Assembly (NCBI GenBank): GCA_016748015.1
Contig: JAAOMT010000590.1
Location: forward strand, 801,912-865,911
Length of the DNA stretch: 64,000 bases
Source: Geosiphon pyriformis uo1
Lineage: Eukaryota; Fungi; Glomeromycota
Direction: 5' to 3'
Below the pieces are notes generated by a model, which saw nothing but the letters and a program-made list of their open reading frames with translations, had not been told where the DNA came from and made no database searches. Made by a program: the position numbers and the translations under genes. Below, piece after piece: positions 39,517-54,118 of the stretch; the first letter of the stretch is position 1, and each line of letters starts with the position of its first letter.

Positions 39517-40949
39517 AATGGGTTTTTTTCAAATAATGATGACTTTGAAAATGAGAATGATGGGGTTGTGTTCATGACCTCTATTTATTACATTTAGATA
39601 GCATTCAAGAGAGCGTGTGAATAAACTGTTTGACATGAGGGGTAAAAATGTTGTTTGACGTCATTATTTGACGTATTTCTGACCAGAAAATGTGCTTTTT
39701 GACTTTATGGCATGTTAGGCATAATTCGTGGGGGTATGGGGTTTGATCGTTTTAACTCATATGCATGCGTGTGGGATTATTGAGCGAACAAAGTTTTGTA
39801 TGATGTAATAATCTAATTTAGTTATCTGTGAAGGAAAAAAGAAATACCATCGGGGTTGAGGGTTTGTTCATCCTCATATTTTTCTTAGCATTAATTTAAG
39901 CATATATTTTAATTTAAGAAACGGCCTGAATTAATTAAAAAATTAAATTAAAATAAATATTTAAATTATAAACTAATATTTTAACTTTTTAAATTTTTAT
40001 CAGGTTTTTCTTTATACATTTTATTATTATTATTATTATTATTATTTCAAAATACAAAAAATTTGAAAAATAATTACAATAAAAGTTAATAATTTATAAA
40101 ATAATTTATATATATTATTTAAAACAATTAATTTAGGATTTTAATATATAGAAAACCTTTTTTTTCTTATTTTTATAATTACAACCAAAGCAAAAAGTAA
40201 AATAATTACAACTTTTATTTTAGTATTGTTTTTTCTAGTTTTAATACTTAAGAAACTTTTTTTAAACTAAATAATACTTTTTTGAATTTTTTTTTTAATA
40301 AAACAATTCATATTTTTATACAAAATTTTAATTAATTAGTTTATTAAATCATTTAATTTAAGAATTAAAATACTTTTTTTTCTGTTTTTTAATAATAATA
40401 TTTTTAATAATTTTTAAAAAACTATTATAATTTGTCAAAATTTTCTAAATAAATAATTTTTATTTTAATATTTAATAAAACTATTAAGTTTTTTTATATA
40501 AAGTTTATATTTTAAGTTTTTTTAAATATTATTGTTTATTTTATTTTTTTTAGTGTTTGTTTCTAATATTATTATTATTATTATTATTATAATATTATAT
40601 AATGTCTTTTTAAGTTTTTTTCTAATAAATTAAAAATGTTTTAAGTATTTTTAATATAATTGTAAATATTAAGCTAAGATTTATTGATTTATTATAATAT
40701 ATTATTATTATAAATAGTTTTTTTAAATAAATATTCGTAAATTTATATTTTTTAATAGAGTTTTTTGTATAAAAAATATAAATTTAATTATATAGTTGCT
40801 TTTAATTTTATATTTAACTTTTTTTGCTTTTTTAACATATTTATTTTAGTATTTTTTATCTCTTTAATAAGCTATTAAAATTTAATAAATTAATTTTATG
40901 CTGTTTTTTATTAAATATTTATAATAATATATTTTTAATGTTATTTTTT

Positions 40950-42330
40950 TTGAATAAATTAATTTAAAAATAATTTAAACCAAAAAAAAATTAGAAATTA
41001 AAGTAAAAAACCTACAACTAATATTTTTTCTGTAGTATTTAATAAAATTTTAACAAAAAAAATTCTTTCTGTTGTAAAATCTACTAAACAAAATATCTTA
41101 AAAACTTTTTTCTTAAATAATAATAGTAAAAAACTGTCTTTAATAACTATTAAAACATTTTTTTTATCTTTGATTGGTTTATTATCTGTTAAAATTTTTT
41201 TAAAAAAACATACTTGAGTTAATTCTAGTATTGTTTCTATTTTTTTTAAGAACCCAAAAATTTTTAATAGCAGACTAGTTAATAAACTGGTTTTTTTTCT
41301 ATGTTTTTTATACTTAGTAGTACTAATACCATCTTTTTTAAAAAAATAGTCAAAAAAACCAAAAAACCAAAAAAATAAAAATAGTTACTTGTTTTTGTTA
41401 TTATTATATTAAATTTTTTTATAATTTTTAATAAGATTTCTGTTAAGTTACCTGTTCTTAAAAACTGAACTAACTAAATAAAAATTGAATTAACTTGTTT
41501 GCTAGTTTTTAGTACTATTACTAATAGTGCTTGAAAAACTATTACTAATTATTAAAAATTTGCTAAGTAAGTGGTTTTTATTTTGGTGTTTAGTATAACT
41601 TTTAAGATTAAATTGGCTTATATTAAGACTGTTTTTCAGTCTGTGCATAATTTTTTGAATGTAAAATTAAAATTAAAAAACAATATAAAGCTTTTTTATA
41701 TAGTATTTGCTTTTTAAAAGTTTTTAAAAACTGCTTTTTTAATTGAGTTTACAAGTTTTGTTTATTTAACTATTTTTAAAATTGTTAAGTTTTTGGTGGT
41801 TTTTAAGACTAATTTTTTTTATTGTGTTTGAACAATTTATTAAAAAACATTTTGTTTTAAGCAGTGTTTTTAGCCTTAAAATTAATAAAGTTTTGGTATA
41901 TATAAATGTTTTTAGTAAAACTATTAATAAATTAAAGTGAAAAATAATCATATTAAAAGCTAAATATGATTATAAAAATATTAACATAGTTGATCTTTAT
42001 ATAAGCTTGTTTTCTGTTAATAATAATATATTTTCTAATTTGTTTTTATTTTAAAAACATAAATCTGTTAATTTTAAGATTGATATTTTAATAATAGCTA
42101 AATAGTTAATTAGTTTAATTTATAATAATATTATATTGTTTAAAATTGTTTAAAAAATGTTTTTTTAGATAAGTTTTCTTTTAAAATATTAATATAGTAT
42201 AGTTTAAATTGGTTTAAATAGCTAATTACATATAAAAAACATGTAAATTATATTTAGTATTAAGATATTTAGTTTGTTTCTAATTTCTAGATATAATTGA
42301 ACTATATTTATTAAATATATAATAATAAAA
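40950..42330 (+). mobile_element. Internally deleted copy of the ORF1-only element with the shared 3' tail
   Basis: 41090-41830 aligns with 23400-24270 (differences almost all transitions), then jumps to the C-terminal region and the tail at 42215-42330. Confidence 0.75.
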
Positions 42331-43100
42331 ATTTTTTTGATTATCTAATTGTTAAAAATATTTTTTGTTAATTAATATATTTGTATATTTTTTTTTAATA
42401 ACAAAAAATATTTTGGTATTTATATTTATTTTTTAATTATTTTTAATATTTTTAGTATTTTTTTAATAATTTTGAAATTTTTGTTATTATATTATTTATT
42501 TATAATATTAATATTTAATTAACTAATTTAATATTAATATTTTTGTTATTTTTTATTTAAGTAACAATATATATACTATCATAAAAAATAAAATTAAGTT
42601 TAATAAAAATTTAATTAAAAATAATTATACAAATATGTTAAAAATAAACAAATTTTGTTAAATATTTTTGGTTTAAAAAATAAATATTTATTTATTAATT
42701 TAAGTTTAAATAATTAATTACATGTAAAAAATACATAAACCAAGCCTATAATTTAATCTTTAAGAGTAAAAACATGTTGGGTTTTTAATAAAATTATATT
42801 TAATTAAAACATTAAGATTTTATATTTAATTTAACAAATTTAAAATTATTTAATTATATTTTAAATAGCAAATTTTTTTTAATAATATAAGTTTTTGGCT
42901 AAATTATATTACCAATTTATTTTAATAAAAATAATTGGTTATTTAATTTAATTTGCACATATTTTTATAAAACTTAAAAATTAAAGGCTAGAGTATTAGT
43001 CAGAGTTGTTACACAATTACATACCTGAATTTGATCAGATTGATCTGCGGCAAGAATACACGACATTCGTTTTTTCCTTTGCCTCGATACGATTGATCTA

Positions 43101-43868
43101 ATGGCTTCTAACCTTCCCCGTCTTTTCCTGCGCTCAATCTCGCTTTCGGTATGTTAGGAACTCGCTTAATGTACGCGATCAACTATGGAAATGGAAAAGT
43201 TGCAAAATTTGGCGTCTTTCGTCAGTCGTATGACTTTTCAGGTGACTGGTTTTTTCTGAACATTGGTCATCGTAGGTACCACCTCTACGTCAGGCTTCCC
43301 TTTTGATTCGTACACTACCAAAGACTTCTCGAAGCCTTATTACCACAGGTCCAGTTGCCAAAGGTATATTTGCTCTTTGATCGTTACACTTTAACAAGAG
43401 CCAATTGATCTAATTCCCATTTCAATTGTTTGAATTTGAGATCTCATTCAGGGCTTATACTTAAAAGAAATCAAAGCCTACAACCCACCACCATTAGTAT
43501 GCTGCTTAACTGTGTTGATATTAAATATGAAATTAAATCTTTATACTTTGGTTTACTTGATTTATCTTTACTTTGACAGAAACAAAATGCAACAGAGGAA
43601 GTGAAACAGCTTTCCGTCCCGCCTTTACCTCAGGTTCTCGATAGCTATTACGAAAATTTTGTTTTGCTCAATACAGTTAGATTGATTTTTTTTTCATTTA
43701 CAGCCTCCTACATTTGACGAAGACATCTCTGCAGATTTGGCATCATATGATGTTGATGATCTTGAGCAAGAAGAAAAGGGCCAAATCCTTATAGAATCAG
43801 TTTTTGAACAAGAGCTTTTCGGAAACTTGTTGAATGAGGATGAACCATCTGCTGAGAGCGAGCATTAG
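43101..43868 (+). CDS. ATP14: Mitochondrial F1Fo ATP synthase subunit h, five exons
   Basis: Arg/Ser-rich presequence MASNLPRLFLRSISLS..; DLIQGLYLKEIKAYNPPP/KQNATEEVKQLSVPPLPQ/PPTFDEDISADLASYD; acidic tail ending EH*. Not in the ORF track. Confidence 0.85.
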
Positions 43869-44269
43869 GCCTTTTCTTGAAAGGATCCCTTTTTATCTTT
43901 TTTGATATCATTCATCAGAATAAAAATAAAGCAAATTTCTCTTTAAGATAGCTTTTGGTTTTAGCAGTATTTTCAAGCCGGAACGTCTATTGGAGAAATA
44001 AAAATAGAAAATACTTATAATTGCATTAAGAAGCAAGTGTTTTTTATTTGTAATTAATATTTGGATTGTTAAGTAAATTATTTCCATTAACAATTTTTTT
44101 TTCATTGAAATGAATAATATTTTATTACATATTTTATATTAATTATTATATAATTATAATTGATTTTTATTTTATTAATAATTTAATTTATAATAGTTTA
44201 GAGTGTATTTAAAAATTTATAATTAAATAATACAAGATTTTAAACTATATAACAATAAAACTTTTTTTT

Positions 44270-45990
44270 TTCGTATTTTTATGATTACAACTAAAACAAA
44301 GAGTAAAAAAGTTACAACTTTTTTATTTTCTGAAGCAATTAGTAGTATTTTTATCAATAAAGCATTTACAGCTATAAAAATTGCTTAATAATATTTTGTA
44401 AAAGCATCTTTTTAAATAAAATAGTGGTTAACCAGTTTTTTGCTGGTTTAAAACCACTTTTTTATCTTTAATTAAGAGTTTTTTTTCTTTTAAAGTTCTA
44501 TTTAAGAAGATTACTTAAAATAGTTCTTATATAATTTCTGTTTTGGGCAAAAGCTTTAAAGTATTTAATAAGAAACCAATATTGATTTTTTTTATTCTTT
44601 TTTTATTACTGTTTAAATAATTAAAAAAGTTTAGATTAATCAAAAAATAATCGTTTTTAATCTTTGTTCTATTCAATAGCAACTTTTTTAAAGTGTTAAA
44701 AGATTTTTTTAGTATTAATTCTAGTATTTTAAAATTAGTTTTTTTTTTGTAAAAAAATAAAGCTTTGATTTTTTTATTATTTTTTTTATTAATTCTGTAT
44801 TATTTGTATTATTTATAATATTTAATTTTATTATGACTAAAAATGAAAAAAAACTTCTTATTTTGAATAATAACAATAGAAACATATTAGCTAATTTTAA
44901 TTTAAATTAGTTTTTAGTTGTATTATTTAATATATTGGTTTTTAACTAATTTTTATTGATTTTAAAAACAAAACAAGTTATATTTTCACATATAAATTTA
45001 ATTAATTAATTTATTGAATTATTTGATTTTAAAAATTGTGTTAATTAAATAAAAATCAAGTTTAATTTTTTTTTGTTTTTTAATAATATTATTACTAATA
45101 ATATTTAAAAAATAATTATTAATTATTAAAAAATTATTAAGATTAAATTAATTTATATTAAGACTATATTTTAGTTTTTACATGTTAAATTTAATTATAA
45201 AAAGCAATATTAAATACTTTTATATAAAATTTACATTTTTAAATTTTTTTAAATACTATTATATAAATTAAATATATTAATTTTTTTACTTTTTTTATTT
45301 AATTTTATTGTTGCTTTCTATAAAATTTTTTTGGATACTATTTTAAATAATATTAAAAAATTTTAATAAAATTATTTTTGTTAAGTTAAAATTTGTTAAT
45401 TTGTAATAATATACTATTATTAATATTAAAATTTTTTTCTTAATTAATTAAAAAATAATAATAATATTTTTAAAATTAAATTAATTAATTTTTTTTTGAT
45501 TATATAGTCTTTGAAATTAATAAATTGGTTTTTTAAATTTGTAATTATATTTGTTTTGTTTCTTATTTTTTAATTTTGTTTAATAACTAAGATAAATAAT
45601 TATTATATTTAATTTTTATAAAAACTTAAAAAAACTAATACTTTAAGAAAGTGTAAAATTTGGTAAAAAACTTTTAATTATTAATACTGTTTTAAATATT
45701 AAAATTCTAATTATTTAATTGTTAATTAGAAAATATATATTTTTTTTTTATTGGTTTTTTTTATTAATGTTTTTTTAACTGTTTTTATTATTACTATTAT
45801 TATAATTTTTTTGGTTAATCTTAAATTAATCTCTTTAAAATTTGAGTTGGTTGTATTAATTTTATTAATTAAATTTATTGTTAAACTTATTAATATTTTA
45901 GTTGCTTTAATTACTTAAATAAATAATTTTTTTTTAAGATTTAAATTTAATAAAAAAATTTTTAAATAAATGATTTTTATTTTAGTGTTT
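44270..45990 (+). mobile_element. Degenerate ORF1-like retroelement copy
   Basis: Homology by eye to 22400-23250 and 23250-25100. Confidence 0.6.
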
Positions 45991-45999
45991 TTTTATTTT

Positions 46000-47570
46000 A
46001 TTTTATTTTATTTAACAAGTGAGATCCAAATACTGTCTAATACAATACATCAAATAATTGATCTAAACTAGGTGTGAATCATGTATTTTCTACATATGAC
46101 CAGTCACTCAAACCAATTAAAACAACATTAAGCACTTATATAAACAGAAACAGAGTTCTCAATACTTAAAAAAAACAAATAAGACTTCTAAAACCCAAAA
46201 CCAACACCAAATGTCTTGTCAATATCTAGCAATTTAACTATATCAGTAGAAAACAATAAAGATAGTCCAGAAATTAATCTTAGAACTGAACTATCACATA
46301 GTATTAGCCCATTTTTTTCTATAAAAACATGATATTTAGCATAAACCAATCAAACCTCCTTTTTAAAAGCAAGACAGAAATCATGTACAAAGTTCACAAT
46401 CTTCTGACCCACAATTTTAGAATCTTTAAAAACAGATGCAGCCTCTTAAAGCCAATCTTTAAAGACAAAGCCCTTGCAAAAAGCTGTGTATATTGCAACA
46501 TTTAAAACACAAAAAGACAACAATTGAAACACACATAAAAAGAAAAGAGAAAAACCAGAAAGTGCATACTAAACAGCTATATGAGCATCTAACAAATAAC
46601 AATAAACAGAATTATTGATCCCACAAAAAAAAACATGATCAGAAATCTCAACATTACCACAATATAAACATAATACACTAAGGTAATACTTGTCATATAG
46701 GCACTTCTGCATAGCAACTAGCAATCAACAATACAAAGCTTTTATAAAGTATATACAAGTACCAGCAGTAAATCTACTAGTAAAACCAGCAGCTATATAT
46801 AAGTTGAGATGCCAAACCAAAGATAAGCTAAGCCAATTAACATCCAAAAGCAAACTATCATCCAAAACACCAGGCCCAAAACCAATCTCCTAGTATGTAC
46901 AATGAATAGACTAAAAGATTCTACAAACAAAATATCTAGAATTACCAAAAATGATATTACCTTCAACCAAAATACAATATTCTTTTAAATTGAGAGAAAG
47001 ACACCAGAAAGAAAAAAAAGCAGTATTGGTAAATATGTCAGTATATTCATTACCCAAGATATTCAAATGATCTTTAACTTTGTACCAACTAATATTTAAA
47101 TTTTTTTTCTTAATAATGTTTACAATATACTGACATTTGACCCAGTACTAATTCCAAAAATTCAGACATATCAGACTCAATTTCAATTTGCACATATCCA
47201 AGACAACTTGATTGTCTGTAAAAAAGTAAACTGAGCTAAAAGAGAGAATACATTTAAGAGCCAATATAATAATCTGCAGCTCTACTAAAATAGAAGATAA
47301 CAGATCAGAGACCTTAACCTCCAAACCCATATTTAGATTTTCAAAAAAAACTGCCACATCAGTCTTTATATTGGAACACTTCAAGTTCTTCAAAGATTCA
47401 TCCATGTAGACAGAAAAGCTGTCAGCTGAAACATCTAACAAATAATCACAAACATGTTTGAACTTACAAAACTCCAGAATACTTAAAAGTTCAAAACCAC
47501 CCAAAAAAAAAAAATTGGCAGAAGAAAAAGCTAAACTATTAAGGAAATCAACAAAAAGTCTAAACTAATC
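46000..47570 (-). mobile_element. 5'-truncated LINE copy (RNase H, C-terminal CCHC region, 3' tail), intermediate decay
   Basis: FSVYMDESLKNL..LLSSILVELQII..FTDNQVVLD parallels FTDGSLRN..LLSSTMAELQAV..YLDSQAAID of the young copy; tail TTTTCTACATATGACCAGTCACTC near 46086-46110; T-rich end. Confidence 0.85.
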
Positions 47571-49432
47571 AAAAATGTGTTTAATATTATTACAAAAATT
47601 AAAATAGCTTATATTATAAATTTGCTATTGTTATTTTAAGTTTAAAAAAACTTTTAATAATAATATTATTAAAATTAATGATTTATAAAAAAATTATATT
47701 TAATAAAAACTTTTTGAATATTAGTATTATTATAAATATTAAAATTTAAATTATTTAATTTTTAATTATAAACTTGTTTTTTTTTAATTTGTTAAGATAT
47801 TTTTAAGTTTTTTATTATACTTAAAATTTTTGTAAATTATATTATTAATTTAATATTTTATATTAAATTTACTATTGTTATTGAAGATTTTTTTATCTTT
47901 TTTTTAATATTGTTAATGTTGTTTTACTGTTGTTAAAAGTTAGTAAATTTTTAATTAGCTAATTCTTCTTCTTTATACTTTGGACTATATATATTATTGG
48001 GTTTATAATAAAATAATTAATTTTATGCCAATTATTTATATAGTTATTTTACAATAAAAATCAATTTTTTTACAAGAAAATTTTGTTTATAAGCTCTTCA
48101 AAATAATGTGTAATTACTTTGTAATAAAAGTTAACTTTTCCACAAAAAATTTCGACTATAAACTATCTAATAATAAAAATAAAAAAATAAAAGAAAATAA
48201 ACTAAAGAAAAAAATATATATTAAAAAAGTTATTTCGAATTTAGATTTGAAAATTACTAATAGTTACTGAAATTAATAGTTAATTAATTTCAAAATGTTA
48301 GTATAAAATAGTTAATTTTAAAGCAATAATAATTAAAAAATTTTATGTTTTTTAAGTAAGTTTTATTGAAATTGATTTGTAAAAAAGATTATTTTAAGAA
48401 AAGATATATTTTCTTGAAAAAAAAGGTCTTTTTTTATACAACTTGTTATAATACTATTCTATAATCTAACATTTTTTTTTAATATTTTAGCAAACTAAAA
48501 ATATAATTTGTTAAACTACAAGTTATTTTTGCAAACTATAAATTATTTTAGTAAATTGTTAAATATTTTGTTGAATTATGGTGAATTTTGAATGTTATAT
48601 AATTTAATATATTGCATAATCTGATTATTACAATTTGGTTATATTTGTGTTCTGTATAAATTGAGTTATTAATTAAATAATAATTTGGATAATTTAATAA
48701 GATAATAAGTAATAAATTAAAATGATAATATTAGTTAATAATAAAAATTATAAAAATAATTTCATGTTAATTAATATATCAAATTTTGGCTGGTAATACT
48801 GTTTTATTATTATTATTATTATTATATAAATTTAATTTTTTATACTGTTATTAATAAAATTTAAAAATAAAATTGCAAAATTTGTAATTAAAAAAAATTA
48901 AATTTTTAATAAATTTACAGAATTAAAAATTGATTTTAATTTTTCTGTTATTTTTTTATAATTAAAATTTATTTTATTTTATTTTATTAAAAATTCAAAT
49001 TTAACTTATTTTTAAAATAATATTTGATTTGTAAAAAAATTTAATTAGTTTAAAAATAAATAAAAACTTATTTTACAAATATTTAATTATTATAAATTAT
49101 AACAAATATAAATTATAACAAAAAAAATCAATGTTTTATAAAAAAACAACAAAAAAATAATAATTTATTTTTATAATAATTTTATATAACTAAAATAATT
49201 AATAAAAAGACCATATTTTTAAAAACATTAAAAAATTTGTAATAATAATCTTAAAAAAAATTGTTTTTTGGCTTTTTTAATTATTTAAATAATAATTTTT
49301 TTTTTTTTAACCCATTTAATGAGTGCAGCCCAATTGCTATCTAGTACATAGAACCAAACTAAGAGGCTCAAACTAAACGCGACTCACGCACTTTTTACAT
49401 GTGGCTAGTCACTCAGGCCAGACAAGGCAACA

Positions 49433-52400
49433 CTACACATCTATAACTACCCGCATACTGCCACCCAGACCAGAAAAGAAACAATAAGGCTTCTGACAAC
49501 CAAAGCTAACAGCAAAGGAATTTGCCAAACCAAGCAATCTCACAACACTATCAGACAAAACCAAAGACACACCACAAGGGAGCCCAGAAGCAACACCAAC
49601 ATCACAGACCAGACCAGTCTTCTCCATCACCACCCGGTGGCTGGCTCTAGCCAACCATACTTTAGCATGATGTAATCCAACAACGAACCTGACATAATCA
49701 ACAATCCGAGCAGTGGCCACCTTTCTATCCTCAAAAACATCGCAAGTTTCCTCATACCACTCCTCCAGCACAAACCCTTTGCACACCAAAGTGTACAGCC
49801 CAACATCAATGGAACATTAAGACAAAACCCACAACACAGCAGAAGCAGGAGAACCACCAGCCAAAGCTGACCAACGGGCAGAAGCCTCCGCCAAAATCTC
49901 ACCACGAATGCCAGACTCATAAACACAAGTAAAAACGTGGTCAGAAAACTCCACCTCATTACAAAACAAACACAACACACTAGGGTAGCACTTATCATAC
50001 AACTTCTTCCTTACTGCCACCAGCAACCTCCTGTGCACAGCCTTCATAACATAAGTGCGAAGTGTTGAGGATGTGCGGCTAGTGAATCCAGCAAGCATAT
50101 GAAAATCAGGATGCTACACCTTCACTGTGACAACCCAGTCTATGCAACCAATCATCGCATCTGGAACTACATCACAACCAGGCCCAGCTTCCCAACGAGC
50201 ACAACAAATTGATCAAAAAATATTCCTGACAAAATGACGGGCATTACCAGAAACAGCGACATCCTCAGCAACCAAAAAATGTTCACGCACATTGGCACAA
50301 AGGGAAAAGAGAGACCCAGAGGCAGTCCCAGCAGCCAAGTCAGCTCTCACATTACCAGGAATCCCTGAGTGTTCTTTCACCTTAACCCAACTTACGCTGA
50401 GATTCTTATTCCTGACCAAATTGAAAATATGATGTCTTTCCAGCCAGCATTGATTATGAAAATCAGGGGCAACCAAAGACATCTCAGACACACATGCGTC
50501 AATGGCAGCCTGGCTGTCAAGATATAACACCACAGTACTTAAAGAAAGAACACACTCCAAAGCCAAAGTGACAGCCTGTAACTCGGCCATAGTAGATGAC
50601 AAAAGACCATGAACAGCAACACCAATGCTTTTATCCAAGACTGGAAAATATGCAGCAGCACCACAGGCAACCTCAGCAGAGCCCACATTCCTCAAAGACC
50701 CATCTGTGAAAACTTTAAAAAAGCCTGACCAAATGTCATGCAATCCATCTTTAACCGCAGAAAATTCCCCAGACCCCAAAATGTCCAAACCAAGCTTTTC
50801 CGCAGAGCCAACAGAACCAGAAAATGAGTAACCCTGACCTTTTAAAAACTCAGAAGAAACCACAAACCAGTGAGGCACAGGGCCATGCGGATCCAACCTC
50901 TTCCAATGACAAAAAGTTTTCCAATCCAACAAAACACCTTTCTTATCAAAAAGCCAATCACCAAAAGCGACACCAAAACATTTAAAAGATTTGACTGAAT
51001 CAAAATACAGAGACTTTCCAAGAACAGAGGACAACGGGAACCGACCAGGACTACGAAATGCAGTGGAGAGGTTGTTCACTAAAGTAAGCTCATTGCCCAG
51101 AAAAATCTTCACCATCCCAGCCAAAAAATTGTTCACCGGACTAACATGCAACCTGACTGGAAACTGCAAAGAATCCAAAGGAGCCCAACCAAGAACCTGT
51201 AGGTCCAAAAACCTATGTCTAAACAAATGCCCAAAAATGCCAAAGGCATTAGAGAATGCTATCAAAGCAGCAACCTTCCCTTCTAACTGCACCTGCTCAA
51301 AAGGCTTTAGGCCATACAATGAGGGATGATGCAAAGCAGTGTCAGGAAAATCACGGGGGAGACAAGCCTTGAACCTAAGACTCTTTCTAACCAAAGCATC
51401 CCACTTGCGACAAACATTAGATGAGACAAAACTGAACTGAATACGATAACTAACAATAGGCTGCAAAACAGCCAACACCAGATAGGAGAATTGTTTGTCT
51501 GTAATAGCCTTCCTAAGCACAACATTGACGAAGAAACGTACATCCGCATGAGCCTTGGCAACACTTGGCTTGGAGAGCCCTTCAGTCGACAGAAAAATAC
51601 CCAGATACTGATGTGCTTCCCCTTTCTTGGCAATAGAAATTAGCTGACCACAAATGTTCAGTGAAGCAACTTTAACGCCCTGATTGATGAGAATAGCTAC
51701 CGTCTTCTTACTATTGATAGAAATATCATTGATCACAAAAAATTCACTGGCAATGTTCAGAGCATATTGAGTAGAAGCCTGACAATTTCTAATCCAGATC
51801 GTATCATCAACAAACGCACCAGCCAAAAAATATGATGTCAAACCACCACTGCCCTCAATTCTGCCAGATTTTGAAACAAACTTAGTATCAATCCGGTACC
51901 CACACAATTGTTCATGCCTTTTAACCTCACACAAAAGCGGATCATAAAAAATTCTCCAAAGAAGTGGCGAAAAAACCTCACCCTGGTCCAGCCCATCATG
52001 CACCTTATAACCACCAGACAAACCAAAGTCAGTTATTACCCTATTAACTCTATTCTTATGAATACCACCAAAAAACCTTATGAACCTCTCACACATCTTG
52101 ACATGCTGCAAACTAGCTCTTAAATAATGCCACCCAACTGAATTGTAAGCTTTCCGCATATCTTGCAAGACCAATCATAACTCCCTATCCTTCTCAATGG
52201 CATCCTCAATTACCAAACCGACAGCAAACACTGGAGATTGTGTTGACATACCCTTCAGCACCGAAAAGTTGTCACCCTGAAGAACATTGAACTTGCTACA
52301 AGCCATTGAAATACGGTCAGACAGAATCTTGGAAAGAATCTTCCTGGCAGTCTCAATCAAAGCAATAGGCTGAGTGTTCGTAAGAACTCCATTCCAGTCA

Positions 52401-54118
52401 TAAGGCTTAAGAATCATTGACACCCAAGCCCTCTTCCACAAAACAAACACCATACCACCAGACAAACATTTATTAAACAGCGCCAACAGGCACCCCAAAA
52501 CCACCTCACCACCATGTTTCCATAACTCATTAGGAACACCAGACAAACCAGCAGCCTTGCCATCAGGAAGACCACCAACAACAGAAAGTAACTCGCCCAC
52601 ACTGATTGCACTCATAACACCTGAAAAAGCATCATCCCGAACATAGTCCAAAGGCACGTACTGACGAACCCAAAGACCAGGAAGCACTGACTGCACAGAG
52701 CGTTTCCTCGTCCACCCCTCCATTATTCCATCTACACTAGACTTTACCTCTTCAGGCAACAAAACCAGATTATCATCAACTATCAAGTGATCTAACACAA
52801 CCTTGTGAAAAGGCTTTTCCAACACACTCCTGATCATACTATCCTTATCCGAACAGAAATTATCCATGCGCTTCTCAATTGCCTTTCTAACCGAAGCTTC
52901 CTCAGCCAACCTTGACTCAAACATCTTCGACCTCCTGTAATCTCTGTGAACCAATGACAAATGCCTAACAACAACATCAGATTTAACACCCGAGCCAACC
53001 AAGTCCTTGAAAGCACGAGCCTTCGTGTCATCCAGAGTCAATCATTTATTCATAAGACGATCAGCGCCCAGCAAGTCACCAGAGCAAAATTTCTTGACAA
53101 TCTTGGCCACCAACAATTCCAGACCAAAAAACCTAGAAGAATGTTTGTTTCTTGAACACTTGAATTCACTAAACCAATGTCTCGAAAATGTCACATCAGC
53201 AGAATCCACCACAGCTCCCACCAAAACTGTCCACATAGCATCCACATCACCACATATTTCGGCACCAGAGAACACCTCACCCAAAGACAAGAGTTTAGCT
53301 GACAAGAGATCCTTAAACTTAGCCCATCCAACACAGTTAGCATTCTTGATTTTGAACTTCCAACGATCCTTATTCACCTGCTTGTGCAAACTGTTCAATT
53401 GTACATCTAGAAGTCCACCCAAACCGACTGAAACTACAACAGCCTTGTAATCGGTGTCAAAGAAATCTGAAACAGAGACAACTTGATGGCCAGCAACAGC
53501 AGTAAACAAATTACTACCAACAAAAATGTAATCAATTGTTTTTCCAACCCCTCTCAAATTGCTCCATGTATAAGAATTAGCCAAATGATGACCAACAAAT
53601 GAATTGACCAAACCTAAACTCAAACAAAACTTGAAACTAGCACTTCTACCAGATCCATTCTCATTAAGGTCCTCACCCAAGATAACAAAATTGCTGGAGT
53701 TGACCGCCTTTGCAATGAGGGTGTTAACTTCAGAAGCCTGACCAAATCTAGCCCCAGAGGAGACACCAGCATACAACCCCAAAACAGTAACCGAGAGCTT
53801 GTCCTTAAACAGGAGCCGAACAGAAATAACCCGACCAGGAATCTCTTCCACCTTAAATACATGATGGGCCAAAGAAGTGTTCATAACAATCGCAACCCCA
53901 GCACCCATGAAACCCTTATCCAAGCCAGAAGAAAATATTTGCACTCCATCAAATTTATCCTTTATCCACGGCCCAGAAGAGGACCTTAACTTAGTCTCAG
54001 TGATAAAAGAAACCATATTTCCCGAGCTCACATGTCAACAAACAACATCCACTTGCTTTGCAGGAACATTGATACCCCGAACATTGCACGTAGCAAATTT
54101 CCAAACCAAACTACTCAT
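49433..54118 (-). pseudogene. LINE ORF2: APE endonuclease, reverse transcriptase, RNase H, CCHC zinc finger (1561 codons, six in-frame stops, no frameshift)
   Basis: EN: ATCNVRGIN, FITETKL, ILGEDLN, TIDYIF, DTDYKAV. RT: KAAGLSG, TQPIAL, QDMRKAYNSV, GLDQGEVFSPLLW, AFVDD, YLG. RNH: FTDGS, AELQA, LDSQAA, KVKEHSGIPGNVRAD. ZF: CLFCNEVEFSDHVFTC. All track ORF pieces share one frame. Confidence 0.93.

Noticed and set aside
31005-50720. Functional link between host RNH1, Argonaute and the RNase H-bearing LINE as a defence cluster
   Set aside because: Co-location among unrelated housekeeping genes; the two RNase H sequences are very divergent and nothing in the sequence indicates co-regulation.
50213-54037. 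TGA-as-Trp recoding or origin from a Mollicutes-related endobacterium
   Set aside because: The ORF uses TGG widely, also has TAG and TAA interruptions and missense transitions at conserved motifs, and has eukaryotic LINE architecture; mutation is the simpler explanation.
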